From positions 352,001-416,000 of the forward strand of contig OZ242180.1 of the NCBI GenBank assembly GCA_965205485.1: 64,000 nt of DNA. Reading direction: 5' to 3'. This DNA comes from Candidatus Latescibacterota bacterium (GTDB lineage: Bacteria > Latescibacterota > UBA2968 > GCA-2709665). Both the position numbers and the translations under genes were made by a program. Of this stretch, positions 41,659-50,857 are shown piece after piece. The notes beneath the pieces are model-generated. The model was not told the DNA's origin. It was given only the letters and a program-made list of their open reading frames with translations, and did no database searches. The first letter of the stretch is position 1, and each line of letters opens with the position of its first letter.

Positions 41659-41951
41659 TCGATCGCGTTTCCGCACCGACGGTTTCTCGATCCTGACACG
41701 ACGACAGTAGATACAAGGTCTAACGCGTAATCGCAGTCATGAGACAGAATCGAGGGTCGAAGCAAGTCAGTGCAGGCTTGTAAACTGCCCCTACAGATGG
41801 GGCATCCCAACGCCCCGGCGACGCGTCGCCCTTTGTATCATCACTAACCCGGGTCCGCCGTTATTGCCGTGCGGTGGGGTTTCCGGCGACCAAACGAATA
41901 ATACTATTGAAGATGGTACCACGACAATGCACCGTTAGGAGAGTTCGGATA

Positions 41952-43370
41952 ATGTCTACATCAAGAGGCATGGTGTTCATCGCCACCCTCACGTTGCTGT
42001 CAAGTGTGTGTCACCGCGCAATGGATTCCAATGCAAGCGACGGCGACGCGCCAGCACATGCGTTGAGCGTCAAGGTCTCCGTCGACAATACCGCGTCTAT
42101 TCCCGACTTCGACGGCGACGGGACGATCGGCTTCGGCGATTTCGTGAAGTTCGCGGCAAATTTCGGCCTGGTACAGGGCGATGACGGATATGACGCGCAG
42201 TACGACCTGAACGGCGACGACGAGATCGGGTTTGGTGACTTTGTGATCTTTGCACAGAACTTCGGCAGAGAGGTCCGTTCTCTCGACCTTACTATGCCAC
42301 AAATTTACAATGATAATGTATTCGTCCTGCCCGTTGAGGAAAATCTCGCCGCCCTCTGGACAGAGTCCGGTAATCTTCCACCACTGGAAGATTATGCTTC
42401 GCGTTTCTATGAGTTTTTCAATGATGAGTTCGATTTTCTGATTATATACCCAAATGTGGATTATGCCGACCTGGAACCCGAAGCTATTTCGGGAGCATAC
42501 TACGAAAGTGTAAGAAACGGCGTGCAGGGTATCGGCTTGGATATTTTCGCCAATAATCGTAGTTGGTCGTCTGCAGGAAGACTTCAGGGTGTAGTTTTCC
42601 ATAATTTCGACGATGAATCTACCTTTAGAGGGCTTCTGCTGCACGAACTTATGCATCGGTGGGGCAACTTTGTTGTGCCGATCACGAGTTTTCCTTATGG
42701 CGCGCATTGGGGGTTAAGCACTTCTGGGGGATATCTGGACTGCTATGATATTTCCAACTGGACCGATCACGGCGATCGGGAGTATTCGGCTCCGGATCCG
42801 ATCTACATTACGTCGTCAGAACAGTACAGCCCTATAGAGTTGTACCTGGCGGGCTTCATACCCCCGCACGAAGTCCCCGAATTTCAAGTTGCAGAGAACG
42901 GTGAGATTCTGAGGTGGGTCCCACAGGAGGACAGACACAATACTATGGTGTTTACCGCCAGCGGGTTCAAGACGCACACAATTGAGGGCATAATCGCCGA
43001 ACATGGGCCGCGTGTTCCCGACTACCTGCAAGCGCAGAAGGAATTTCGTGCGGCGGTTATTTTTCTGATTAGCGATAAATATCCTGCGACCCGAGAGAGA
43101 CTTGAACGGCTGAGCAACGACGTAACATGGTTCAGCAAGAAGGGAACGGACGAATCCGACCCTCCTGTCACCAACTTCTACGAAGCAACCGGCGGAAGGG
43201 GGACGATCACCATGGACGGGCTTTCACAGTTAAAACGCAGAGCCGGCGCAAAAATAACAGTACCGAATTCGTTCGGTACGCCCCCTTTGCCCGTAGTGGA
43301 TCAATGGAATTTCGGAAGCGATCCCAAAGATGACGCCGCGAACTTCCAGGCGGAACCGGAACGACCGTAA
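41952..43370 (+). CDS. secreted EF-hand/dockerin-like + unclassified HEXXH zinc metallopeptidase, no LRR (B1)
   Basis: Same N-terminal module as A1; HELMHRWG...HWG; YSPIELYLAGFIPP. Confidence 0.75.
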   Translation: MSTSRGMVFIATLTLLSSVCHRAMDSNASDGDAPAHALSVKVSVDNTASIPDFDGDGTIGFGDFVKFAANFGLVQGDDGYDAQYDLNGDDEIGFGDFVIFAQNFGREVRSLDLTMPQIYNDNVFVLPVEENLAALWTESGNLPPLEDYASRFYEFFNDEFDFLIIYPNVDYADLEPEAISGAYYESVRNGVQGIGLDIFANNRSWSSAGRLQGVVFHNFDDESTFRGLLLHELMHRWGNFVVPITSFPYGAHWGLSTSGGYLDCYDISNWTDHGDREYSAPDPIYITSSEQYSPIELYLAGFIPPHEVPEFQVAENGEILRWVPQEDRHNTMVFTASGFKTHTIEGIIAEHGPRVPDYLQAQKEFRAAVIFLISDKYPATRERLERLSNDVTWFSKKGTDESDPPVTNFYEATGGRGTITMDGLSQLKRRAGAKITVPNSFGTPPLPVVDQWNFGSDPKDDAANFQAEPERP

Positions 43371-43500
43371 CGGGGTATGAATCGTGGCTGGCGCATGAAT
43401 CTGCGGCCGATCGTTCGCGTTTCCACACCGTGCATCCGATCAGTCCTCTCGTGACGATGGGAGATCCGGGCCCCCGCCCGAAATAGCAATTATCCAAAAA

Positions 43501-43540
43501 ACGAGGGTCGAAGCCTCTCATGTTTCGACCCCGCTTGTTT
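43501..43540 (+). terminator. array-specific hairpin/terminator
   Basis: GGGTCGAAGC..GTTTCGACCC followed by T-rich sequence. Confidence 0.6.
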
Positions 43541-43688
43541 GTCTAAACGCCGTTTCCAGCTACCGCAGTCGGGTCTACGGTATGTTCCCACGCAGCCGAA
43601 ACTGTATGAAGCCAAGGTGCGCTGCAGAACCATCCGCGAAATGGCCCCCTCACGTCTGCGCCCACACTTTCAGGAAGATTGTGGGAAG

Positions 43689-43713
43689 GTGGGGCGGACA
43701 TTCCTGTCTGCCC
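43689..43713 (+). repeat. REP-like palindrome GTGGGGCGGACATTCCTGTCTGCCC
   Basis: GTGG tetranucleotide + imperfect hairpin; further copies at 47762-47786, 53642-53666 and inverted at 60871-60895. Confidence 0.75.
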
Positions 43714-44020
43714 GCATCGACGTCGTTCTGCCGGCCTTTCGGCATTACCCGTATCAAAGATCTGAATTGTGTTGCTCGGAACAAACTCAGCACAATTCGA
43801 CAAACAGCCGATGTTGAACGCCGATTCCGCGATTTGTTCCATTACAGAACCTAAGGAACTCTACAGGAACCAGATTTTCCGACCAGCCAGAATGTTGAGT
43901 CGCGTCGCACCATTCCTGCGGCATCGATGACTCTGGCCGCGCAGAAATCTTGGAATCGCGAACAGGAGGGTTCGCATAATGACTTACTCAATGGTCGCGA
44001 TATGCACTGCCGCCCTCGCG
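43711..44020 (+). repeat. duplicated leader/promoter/start block (second copy ~50590-50899)
   Basis: Colinear, roughly 85% identical by eye through the RBS and first codons of A3 and B2. Confidence 0.85.
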
Positions 44021-46405
44021 GTGTTGGCATTCGTATGCGTCCTCGATATTGGCGCGAGTTCAGCAGATGATTCGGCGGTGTCCAATGTGGTTTCCGTCGA
44101 TGCCGTTGGCGACGATACCGCGTCTATTCCCGATTTCGACGGTGACGGGACGATCGGCTTTGGCGATTTCGTGAAGTTTGCGGCAAAGTTCGGCCTGGCG
44201 CAGGTCGATGATGGATATGACGCGCTGTACGACCTGAATGGAGATGGCGAGATCGGGTTTTCGGACTTCGTGCTCTTCGCGCAGAATTTCGGCAAAGAGG
44301 TGCCCTCCGAGCCAGTGACTATCCCGGATGCAAACCTGCGGGCGACAATCGAGGATGCTCTGGGTAAGGACGGCGATGCTCCCATCACCGAGGCCGAGAT
44401 GGCAACACTGGATAGTCTTGAGGCAAACGACGCCAACATCAGCGATTTGACAGGGCTGGAGTTTGCCACCAAACTGTCATACCTGAACCTTGCCAGTTGG
44501 TCAAGTGACGACCTTCCTGACAACAACATCACGGACATCTCGGCACTGGCAGGGTTGACAAGCCTGGAAACACTGCGGCTTGGAGATAACAACGTCACGG
44601 ACATCTCGGCACTGGCAAACCTAACCAACCTGAGACGCCTGGATCTACAATTCAACAGAATTTCGAACATCTCGGCGCTTTCAGGCTTGACAGAGTTGAC
44701 ATTCCTGAAGCTCGGCTACAACAATCTTACACTTTTTGAAGAGGACCTCCGTCCGACGCCTGAAAACAGCGGCATCGCGGATATTTCGCCGCTTTCAGGC
44801 TTGACCAACCTGACTGTGCTTGAGCTTCAGTACAACAACATTGCGGACATCTCTGCGCTATCGGGTTTGACCAAACTGGGGCATCTCATCCTTCAGGTCA
44901 ACCCCATCGAGGACATCTCGGCGTTGTCAGGCCTGGCCAACCTGTATAACCTGATCTTTGGGGCCAACGACATTACGGATATCTCGGCGCTTTCGGGCCT
45001 GACCAACTTGCGATGGCTGATACTTGAAGCCAACAGCATTGCGGATCTATCGCCATTGGCAGGCTTAAGGAGAATCGAATCCCTGGACCTTAACCGCAAC
45101 GACATCACGAATATTTCACCATTATCCGGCTTGACCGGTCTGACGAGGCTGAATTTATCCTACAACAAGATTTCGGACATCTCGGCACTAACGGGTCTGA
45201 CCAACCTTACGCGGCTGGAACTCTGGTTAAACAAAGTCAAGGAGATATCGCCACTTCGTGGCTTGACCAACTTGACTGAGTTGGAAGTTCGTTGGAACCC
45301 CCTGAATGACCGTTCCCTCAACGAACACATTCCCGCCCTCGAAAACCGTGGTGTTTCGGTATTCTATACCAGGCTTGGTAAGGGCGATTTCGACATTGAG
45401 CTCGTCTTTACCGATGACTTCAGTGAAGATGAGAAGGATGTACTACGGCTCGTTGCCCGGCGCTGGATGTCTGTGATTTCGACGGACCTCCCGGACTATA
45501 CATTCGCCGAGGGCTGGTCCGGTCAATGCGGTGACCAGTCGTTTACGATCCCCGCCGGCGAGCGGATAGACGACCTCCGCATCTATATGACCACGTTCGA
45601 CGTCGACGACAGCCCTAATGCTGTAGGGTGGGGTTCCCCCCGTCTGGTGCGCGAGCAGAACCATCTGCCCGTTTTAGGATGTATGGGGTTTGACCTGGAA
45701 CGGGCAAATCTGCTGATTACAGGGCTTCACGAAATTGGGCACGTCCTCGGGTTTGGTACGACCTGGAACGATCTCGGCTTCTATCAGAACCCGCCGGAGG
45801 GAAATGAGCACTTCAACGGTCCGCTGGCGATCTCGGCCTTCGACGACGCGGGCGGGCGAAATTACCAGGGTGCGAAGGTTCCGTTGGCTGATCCGGCGCA
45901 CTGGAGCGGCGACGTGTTCGGGCATGGCGAACTCATGTTGCCCTGGGGCGGAGGCGCGTTAAGCGCGATCACGATCCAATCTCTGGCCGATCTGGGCTAC
46001 GGCGTGGATGTCACGCAGGCCGACCCATATATGCTGCACCAGCACGGTGCCGCCGGTAAGGCAGTCGCGACGATCGCCGTCGCAACGCCCGCCATTCCAA
46101 GCCTTGGCGAAAACGATTACCGGCTGGACATCCTCATGCAATCTAGCGCCGAGCGGTACGTCCAAGGATCGATTGAGGGGAGAAAACCCTTGGGTCTCGC
46201 AGATGGCAGAACCAGTCGGCTGGTGATCGCTGAATGGATGTGGGGCCACGGCAACACGTTCGATCTCGCGGGAAACGTCCAGGCGTGGGAGGCGGGATCC
46301 ACTGCCCTGGCGGCACCTGAGCTAACATGCGGCGCCGGGCTGATGGATGATCCCATTTACGTAGTCAATCCACAGGGACGTATCGTCCGCACGATAAACC
46401 GGTGA
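43979..46405 (+). CDS. secreted EF-hand/dockerin-like + ~13 LRR + M8-like metalloprotease (A3)
   Basis: AGGAGG RBS; HEIGH...HW...ELML; two LRRs carry loop insertions. Confidence 0.85.
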   Translation: MTYSMVAICTAALAVLAFVCVLDIGASSADDSAVSNVVSVDAVGDDTASIPDFDGDGTIGFGDFVKFAAKFGLAQVDDGYDALYDLNGDGEIGFSDFVLFAQNFGKEVPSEPVTIPDANLRATIEDALGKDGDAPITEAEMATLDSLEANDANISDLTGLEFATKLSYLNLASWSSDDLPDNNITDISALAGLTSLETLRLGDNNVTDISALANLTNLRRLDLQFNRISNISALSGLTELTFLKLGYNNLTLFEEDLRPTPENSGIADISPLSGLTNLTVLELQYNNIADISALSGLTKLGHLILQVNPIEDISALSGLANLYNLIFGANDITDISALSGLTNLRWLILEANSIADLSPLAGLRRIESLDLNRNDITNISPLSGLTGLTRLNLSYNKISDISALTGLTNLTRLELWLNKVKEISPLRGLTNLTELEVRWNPLNDRSLNEHIPALENRGVSVFYTRLGKGDFDIELVFTDDFSEDEKDVLRLVARRWMSVISTDLPDYTFAEGWSGQCGDQSFTIPAGERIDDLRIYMTTFDVDDSPNAVGWGSPRLVREQNHLPVLGCMGFDLERANLLITGLHEIGHVLGFGTTWNDLGFYQNPPEGNEHFNGPLAISAFDDAGGRNYQGAKVPLADPAHWSGDVFGHGELMLPWGGGALSAITIQSLADLGYGVDVTQADPYMLHQHGAAGKAVATIAVATPAIPSLGENDYRLDILMQSSAERYVQGSIEGRKPLGLADGRTSRLVIAEWMWGHGNTFDLAGNVQAWEAGSTALAAPELTCGAGLMDDPIYVVNPQGRIVRTINR

Positions 46406-46722
46406 TATTTCAATTTCCATAGCTCGCTGAAATTGAAATCCATGCGGGCCGACCGCTGGACCCCCCGTACAATTGCAGGCCCCGTCTTCTGATCGGCGGT
46501 GAGCCAACGTCCGCCGGGCGTGTCCGTATGTTTCGCGGCTCGGTGGTGCTTTCCATCTGTGTTTGCGTTTTTGAGCGACCTTTCATTGCGTAATTTCGGC
46601 CGTCATATTGCCCCGTGTGTCCAATTTCCGTATTTTGATTTGACTTACGACGAATACAGATGGGTTGCATTCCCACGATAGAAAGGAAGACGGCTGTGCT
46701 GCGCGGAGGGTCTACGTACACG

Positions 46723-47521
46723 ATGACAAAGTTCCGGACACGCAACGCACCGGACCCGAAAGCCTGCGCCGTCGCCCGTGCTGTCGGCGAAGCGGTCCGC
46801 CCGGACCGGGTCATTCTGTTCGGCTCTCGAGCCCGGGGCGATTACCGCACGAATTCGGACATCGACCTGCTCATCATCACCGACTCCGATTCCACGGATC
46901 GGCGAGAGTATCAGGATACGAGCGTGGAAGCCCACCGCAAGGTCGAGGAAGTGTACGGCGTTTCAATCGGCGTCGACCTGGTACGTCTGAGCGAGCGGGC
47001 CTTCCACGAGGGTCGCCGGGCGCGAAACCACGTGGCAGGCCAGGCCGTCCGCGACGGTTTTGACGGGAACGGTGACAAAGTAGACTACGATAACCCGGAG
47101 CCGTCCAACTGGCCCGACATACGGCAGCGCATTGCCAATGCTGAGCGGGAACTCGGCGTTCTAAAGGTCCTCGTAAAGGCCAAATCCGCTCAGGAAGCCA
47201 TCGGGTTTCACGCACAGCAGGCAATCGAAAACGCGCTGAAAGGGTGGATTTCGGCGCTCGACGCCGACTATCGTAAACACGCATGATCTTGCGAAGCTTG
47301 CCGCAATCGTGCGGCAGCATCCCGATGAAATCCACACGCCGGCCGGTGAGAAGCTGGCGTGGCTGACCCGGTACGCTGTGCGGTACCGCTATTCGGACGC
47401 AGAGGTGGTGATCGAATACCGCGATGCGCTGCTATCGGCAGTAAAGGAGACCGTCGAAGCCATTATCGCCCGCATCCGTGCGCTGAACGCAACCGCAGCA
47501 GAGGAGCCTGGAACCGAATAG
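46723..47521 (+). pseudogene. MNT-HEPN fusion, copy 3, frameshifted in HEPN
   Basis: CGTAAACAC (47272-47280) versus CGTAACAC in copies 1 and 2; MNT part intact; C-terminal part continues as ORF 47309-47521. Confidence 0.85.
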
Positions 47522-47575
47522 GGACGACAGGTCTTCTGCAGGCTTCCAAATACATCCGATGTAGGTGGCAGATTC

Positions 47576-47620
47576 AAGGGTCGAAGCCGCACAAGCGCGC
47601 TTCGACCCTTCTTGTTTTTC
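47576..47620 (+). terminator. array-specific hairpin/terminator
   Basis: AAGGGTCGAAGC...GCTTCGACCCTT + T-tract. Confidence 0.7.
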
Positions 47621-47761
47621 TGAACGCCGTTTCCAGCGACTGCGAAATCGCGGCTTCGCTACATTTGGCCGCAGCTGTTTACTTCCACGATGCGTCGCAG
47701 AATCATCCGCGAAGTGGTCCCCTCAGATCTGCGCAGACTCTCTCAGGAAGCCGGTCCGAGG

Positions 47762-47786
47762 GTGGGGCAGACTTTCCTGTCTGCCC
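47762..47786 (+). repeat. REP-like palindrome
   Basis: GTGGGGCAGACTTTCCTGTCTGCCC. Confidence 0.7.
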
Positions 47787-48257
47787 GCCTCCAGGTCGTT
47801 CTGCCGGCCATTCTCCATCACCCGTACCCACGCCTTCCCATCTCAATTGGGTCTTTTTTCCGATGTATGCGTCGGCAGCCCGCCATGCGGCGCCGGACCC
47901 ATCCGGAGCCGATCAAAAATGCTGCATTGGATAGATGGCACGTATTTATCATAAAAAATATCTATATATCACTATATTATCATGTATCTGGTTACTATAT
48001 TATGGCTTATTCGTAAACAGGTCGCACGGAGTCCCGGATGTCCAGGGCATCCTGAAGGACCCCGTAACTACCGATGCATGGATTCGCAAGATTCCCGTGC
48101 GCAATAACGGCTACAATCAAACAATGACCAAACGAATAAACCTTACAGTAACAACATGCCTGACCCGGCAGAGTAGAGCGCCGCGTCTCTCCATTCAGGC
48201 AGCATCGTAGACTTTGGCCGTATCGAAATCTCCGACTCACGAGAGGGGGATGGAATC

Positions 48258-50579
48258 ATGACTGTCTGGAAATGCGTAATGGGTATTGCCACGCTCGTGC
48301 TGCTGGCAGTCGTGTGCTACGCCGCAATCGGCGCTGATTCAGTCGGTGGTGCGGTAACAGCACACTCGATCTCCGTCGACGAAAGCGGCGAGGATACCGC
48401 GACTATTCCCGACTTCGACGGCGACGGGACGATCGGGTTTGGCGACTTTCTGATCTTCGCGGGCGTGTTCGGAGCGAGCCAGGGGGACGAGAAGTACGAC
48501 GCCACGTACGATTTGAACGGCGATGGGGAGATCGGGTTTTCCGACTTTGTGATCTTCGCACAGAACTTCGGAAAGGACGCACCCTCCCCGGCCGTCGTCA
48601 TCCCCGACGTCAACCTCCGCGCGGCGATTGAGGCGGCCTTGAACAAGGCGAGAGGCACGACGATCACCCTGGCCGAAATGAAGACTCTATACCACCTGCA
48701 GGCAAGAGACGCGGATATTAGCGATTTGGCTGGCCTGGAGTCTGCCACTAACCTGACGAGCCTTGATCTCTCGAGCAACAACATCACGGACCTCACGGCG
48801 CTTGCGGGCTTGACCAACCTGAGATCATTGAACCTTTTCCGAACGAACATCTCTGACCTCTCTGCACTTGCGGGCTTGACCAGTCTGACACGGCTGTATC
48901 TTTGGTACAACAATATCACCGACCTCCTGGCACTTGAGGGCCTGGCCAACCTGAGACAATTGGCCCTTAACGACAACAATATTTCGGACCTCACGGCACT
49001 CTCCGGCTTGACCAACCTGACGTGGCTGGACCTTTCCGGAACCAACGCTTCGGACCTCACGGCGCTTGGGGGTTTGACCAACCTGAAGTGGCTGGACCTT
49101 TCTGTAACCAACGTCACGGACCTCACGGCGCTTTCCGGCTTGACCAACCTGACAGAGCTGGACCTTTACCAAACCAACATCACGGACCTCTCGGCGCTTG
49201 GGAGTTTGACCAACCTGACGTGGTTTGACCTTTCCGCAACCAACATCACGGACCTCTCGGCGCTCTCCGGCTTGACCAAACTGACATGGTTAGATCTTTC
49301 CATAACCAACATTACGGAACTCTCGGCGCTTTCCGGCTTGACCAAACTGACAGAGTTGGACCTTTTCCTGACCAACATCACGGACCTCTCGGCGCTTTCT
49401 GCCTTGACCGACTTGAAAAGGCTGTATCTCTCGGGAACCAACACATCGGACCTCTCGGCGCTTTCCTCCTTGCCCAACCTGAAGGAGCTGACCCTTTGGG
49501 AAAACCCCCTGAGCTTCACCTCCATCAACGATCATATTCCCGCCCTTCGGGCTCGAGGCGTTACAGTACTCTTCGACCCGACCCCGTTGCGAGAGAGAGA
49601 GTTCAACATCGAGCTCGTGTTCCTCACCAACCAGTTCGATGAGACCCGGAAGAATGTGCTCCGATTCGCGGCACGGCGGTGGATGTCGGTGATAACAGAG
49701 GATCTGCCGGACTATACATTTACACAGGGCTTGTCGGGTCAGTGCGGCGATCATTCCTACGCGATCCCTTCCGGGGAGCGGATAGACGACCTGCGTATTT
49801 ACATAACCAGCATTCCTCGCGAGCAATACTTCGGTGCGTGGGGTCGGCCACATCTCTTGCGCGAGGAGACCCATCTGCCTGTCGTGGGCTGCATGGCGTT
49901 CGGCTTGCGCTTCGCCATTTCGCTGATTTCAGGGCTTCACGAGATCGGGCACGTTGTGGGGTTCGGCGGGCCGGTCTGGGCCCAGACCGGCTTCCGTCAG
50001 AACCTGTCCTGGGACGACCCGAATGCCGACACGCACTTCAACGGCCGGCTGGCAGTTGCGGCCTTCGACGACGCGGGCGGGCGGGCTTACACGGGTGCGA
50101 AGGTGCCTGTGGCGAAGATGGATGGGTCGCACTGGAGGGGTTCTGTGTTCGGGTCTTTTGGGCCGGAATCCCAACTTGAACTCATGACGCCTGGCGGGGG
50201 AAGGGCGCTCAGCGCGATCACGGTGCAGTCCATGGCCGATCTCGGCTACAGCGTGGATGTCTCCCAGGCTTACCCATTTACCCTGCCGTTGGTGCCTTCA
50301 GGCGCGAAGACCGCCGTCGCAACGCACGCCGTTCCGGACGTCCAGGGTTCAATCCAGGCGAGACCGCTCTTGGATCCCGCAGACGACCGGACCAGTCTGC
50401 TGGAAGGCGCTGAACGGGTGTGGGGCATTGGCATCGAGTTCAGCGATGGCTACGCGACGGGGCATCCCGGCGTGCCAGCCGTGGCAGAGCATGAGCTTAA
50501 ATGCGGCGCCGGGCTGATGGATGAACCCATCTACGTAGTAGATCAGCAGGGGCGCATCGTACGGACGATCAGCCGGTGA
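48258..50579 (+). CDS. secreted EF-hand/dockerin-like + ~13 LRR + M8-like metalloprotease (A4)
   Basis: HEIGH...HW...ELMT; LRRs visible as near-identical 66-bp DNA repeats at ~48980-49460. Confidence 0.85.
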   Translation: MTVWKCVMGIATLVLLAVVCYAAIGADSVGGAVTAHSISVDESGEDTATIPDFDGDGTIGFGDFLIFAGVFGASQGDEKYDATYDLNGDGEIGFSDFVIFAQNFGKDAPSPAVVIPDVNLRAAIEAALNKARGTTITLAEMKTLYHLQARDADISDLAGLESATNLTSLDLSSNNITDLTALAGLTNLRSLNLFRTNISDLSALAGLTSLTRLYLWYNNITDLLALEGLANLRQLALNDNNISDLTALSGLTNLTWLDLSGTNASDLTALGGLTNLKWLDLSVTNVTDLTALSGLTNLTELDLYQTNITDLSALGSLTNLTWFDLSATNITDLSALSGLTKLTWLDLSITNITELSALSGLTKLTELDLFLTNITDLSALSALTDLKRLYLSGTNTSDLSALSSLPNLKELTLWENPLSFTSINDHIPALRARGVTVLFDPTPLREREFNIELVFLTNQFDETRKNVLRFAARRWMSVITEDLPDYTFTQGLSGQCGDHSYAIPSGERIDDLRIYITSIPREQYFGAWGRPHLLREETHLPVVGCMAFGLRFAISLISGLHEIGHVVGFGGPVWAQTGFRQNLSWDDPNADTHFNGRLAVAAFDDAGGRAYTGAKVPVAKMDGSHWRGSVFGSFGPESQLELMTPGGGRALSAITVQSMADLGYSVDVSQAYPFTLPLVPSGAKTAVATHAVPDVQGSIQARPLLDPADDRTSLLEGAERVWGIGIEFSDGYATGHPGVPAVAEHELKCGAGLMDEPIYVVDQQGRIVRTISR

Positions 50580-50857
50580 ATGTTCGCGCCCCGCATCGAC
50601 GTCGTTCTGCCGAGCTTTCGACATTACCCGTATCGCACATCTGAACTGTGTCGCCCGAAACAAACTCTGCACGATTCGACAAACAGCCGATTTAGAACGC
50701 CGATTCCGCATTTCGTTCCATTACAGAACCAAAGAAACTCTACGGGACCCAGAATCTCCGACCAGCCGGAATGTTGAGTCGCGTCGCACCGTTCCCGCGG
50801 CATCGATGACTCTAGCCGTGTAGAAATCCTGGAATCGCGAACAGGAGGGTTCGCACA

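Noticed and set aside
48980..49460. CRISPR-like periodic repeats
   Set aside because: 66-bp period, in frame within a CDS encoding LRRs; no unique spacers or cas genes
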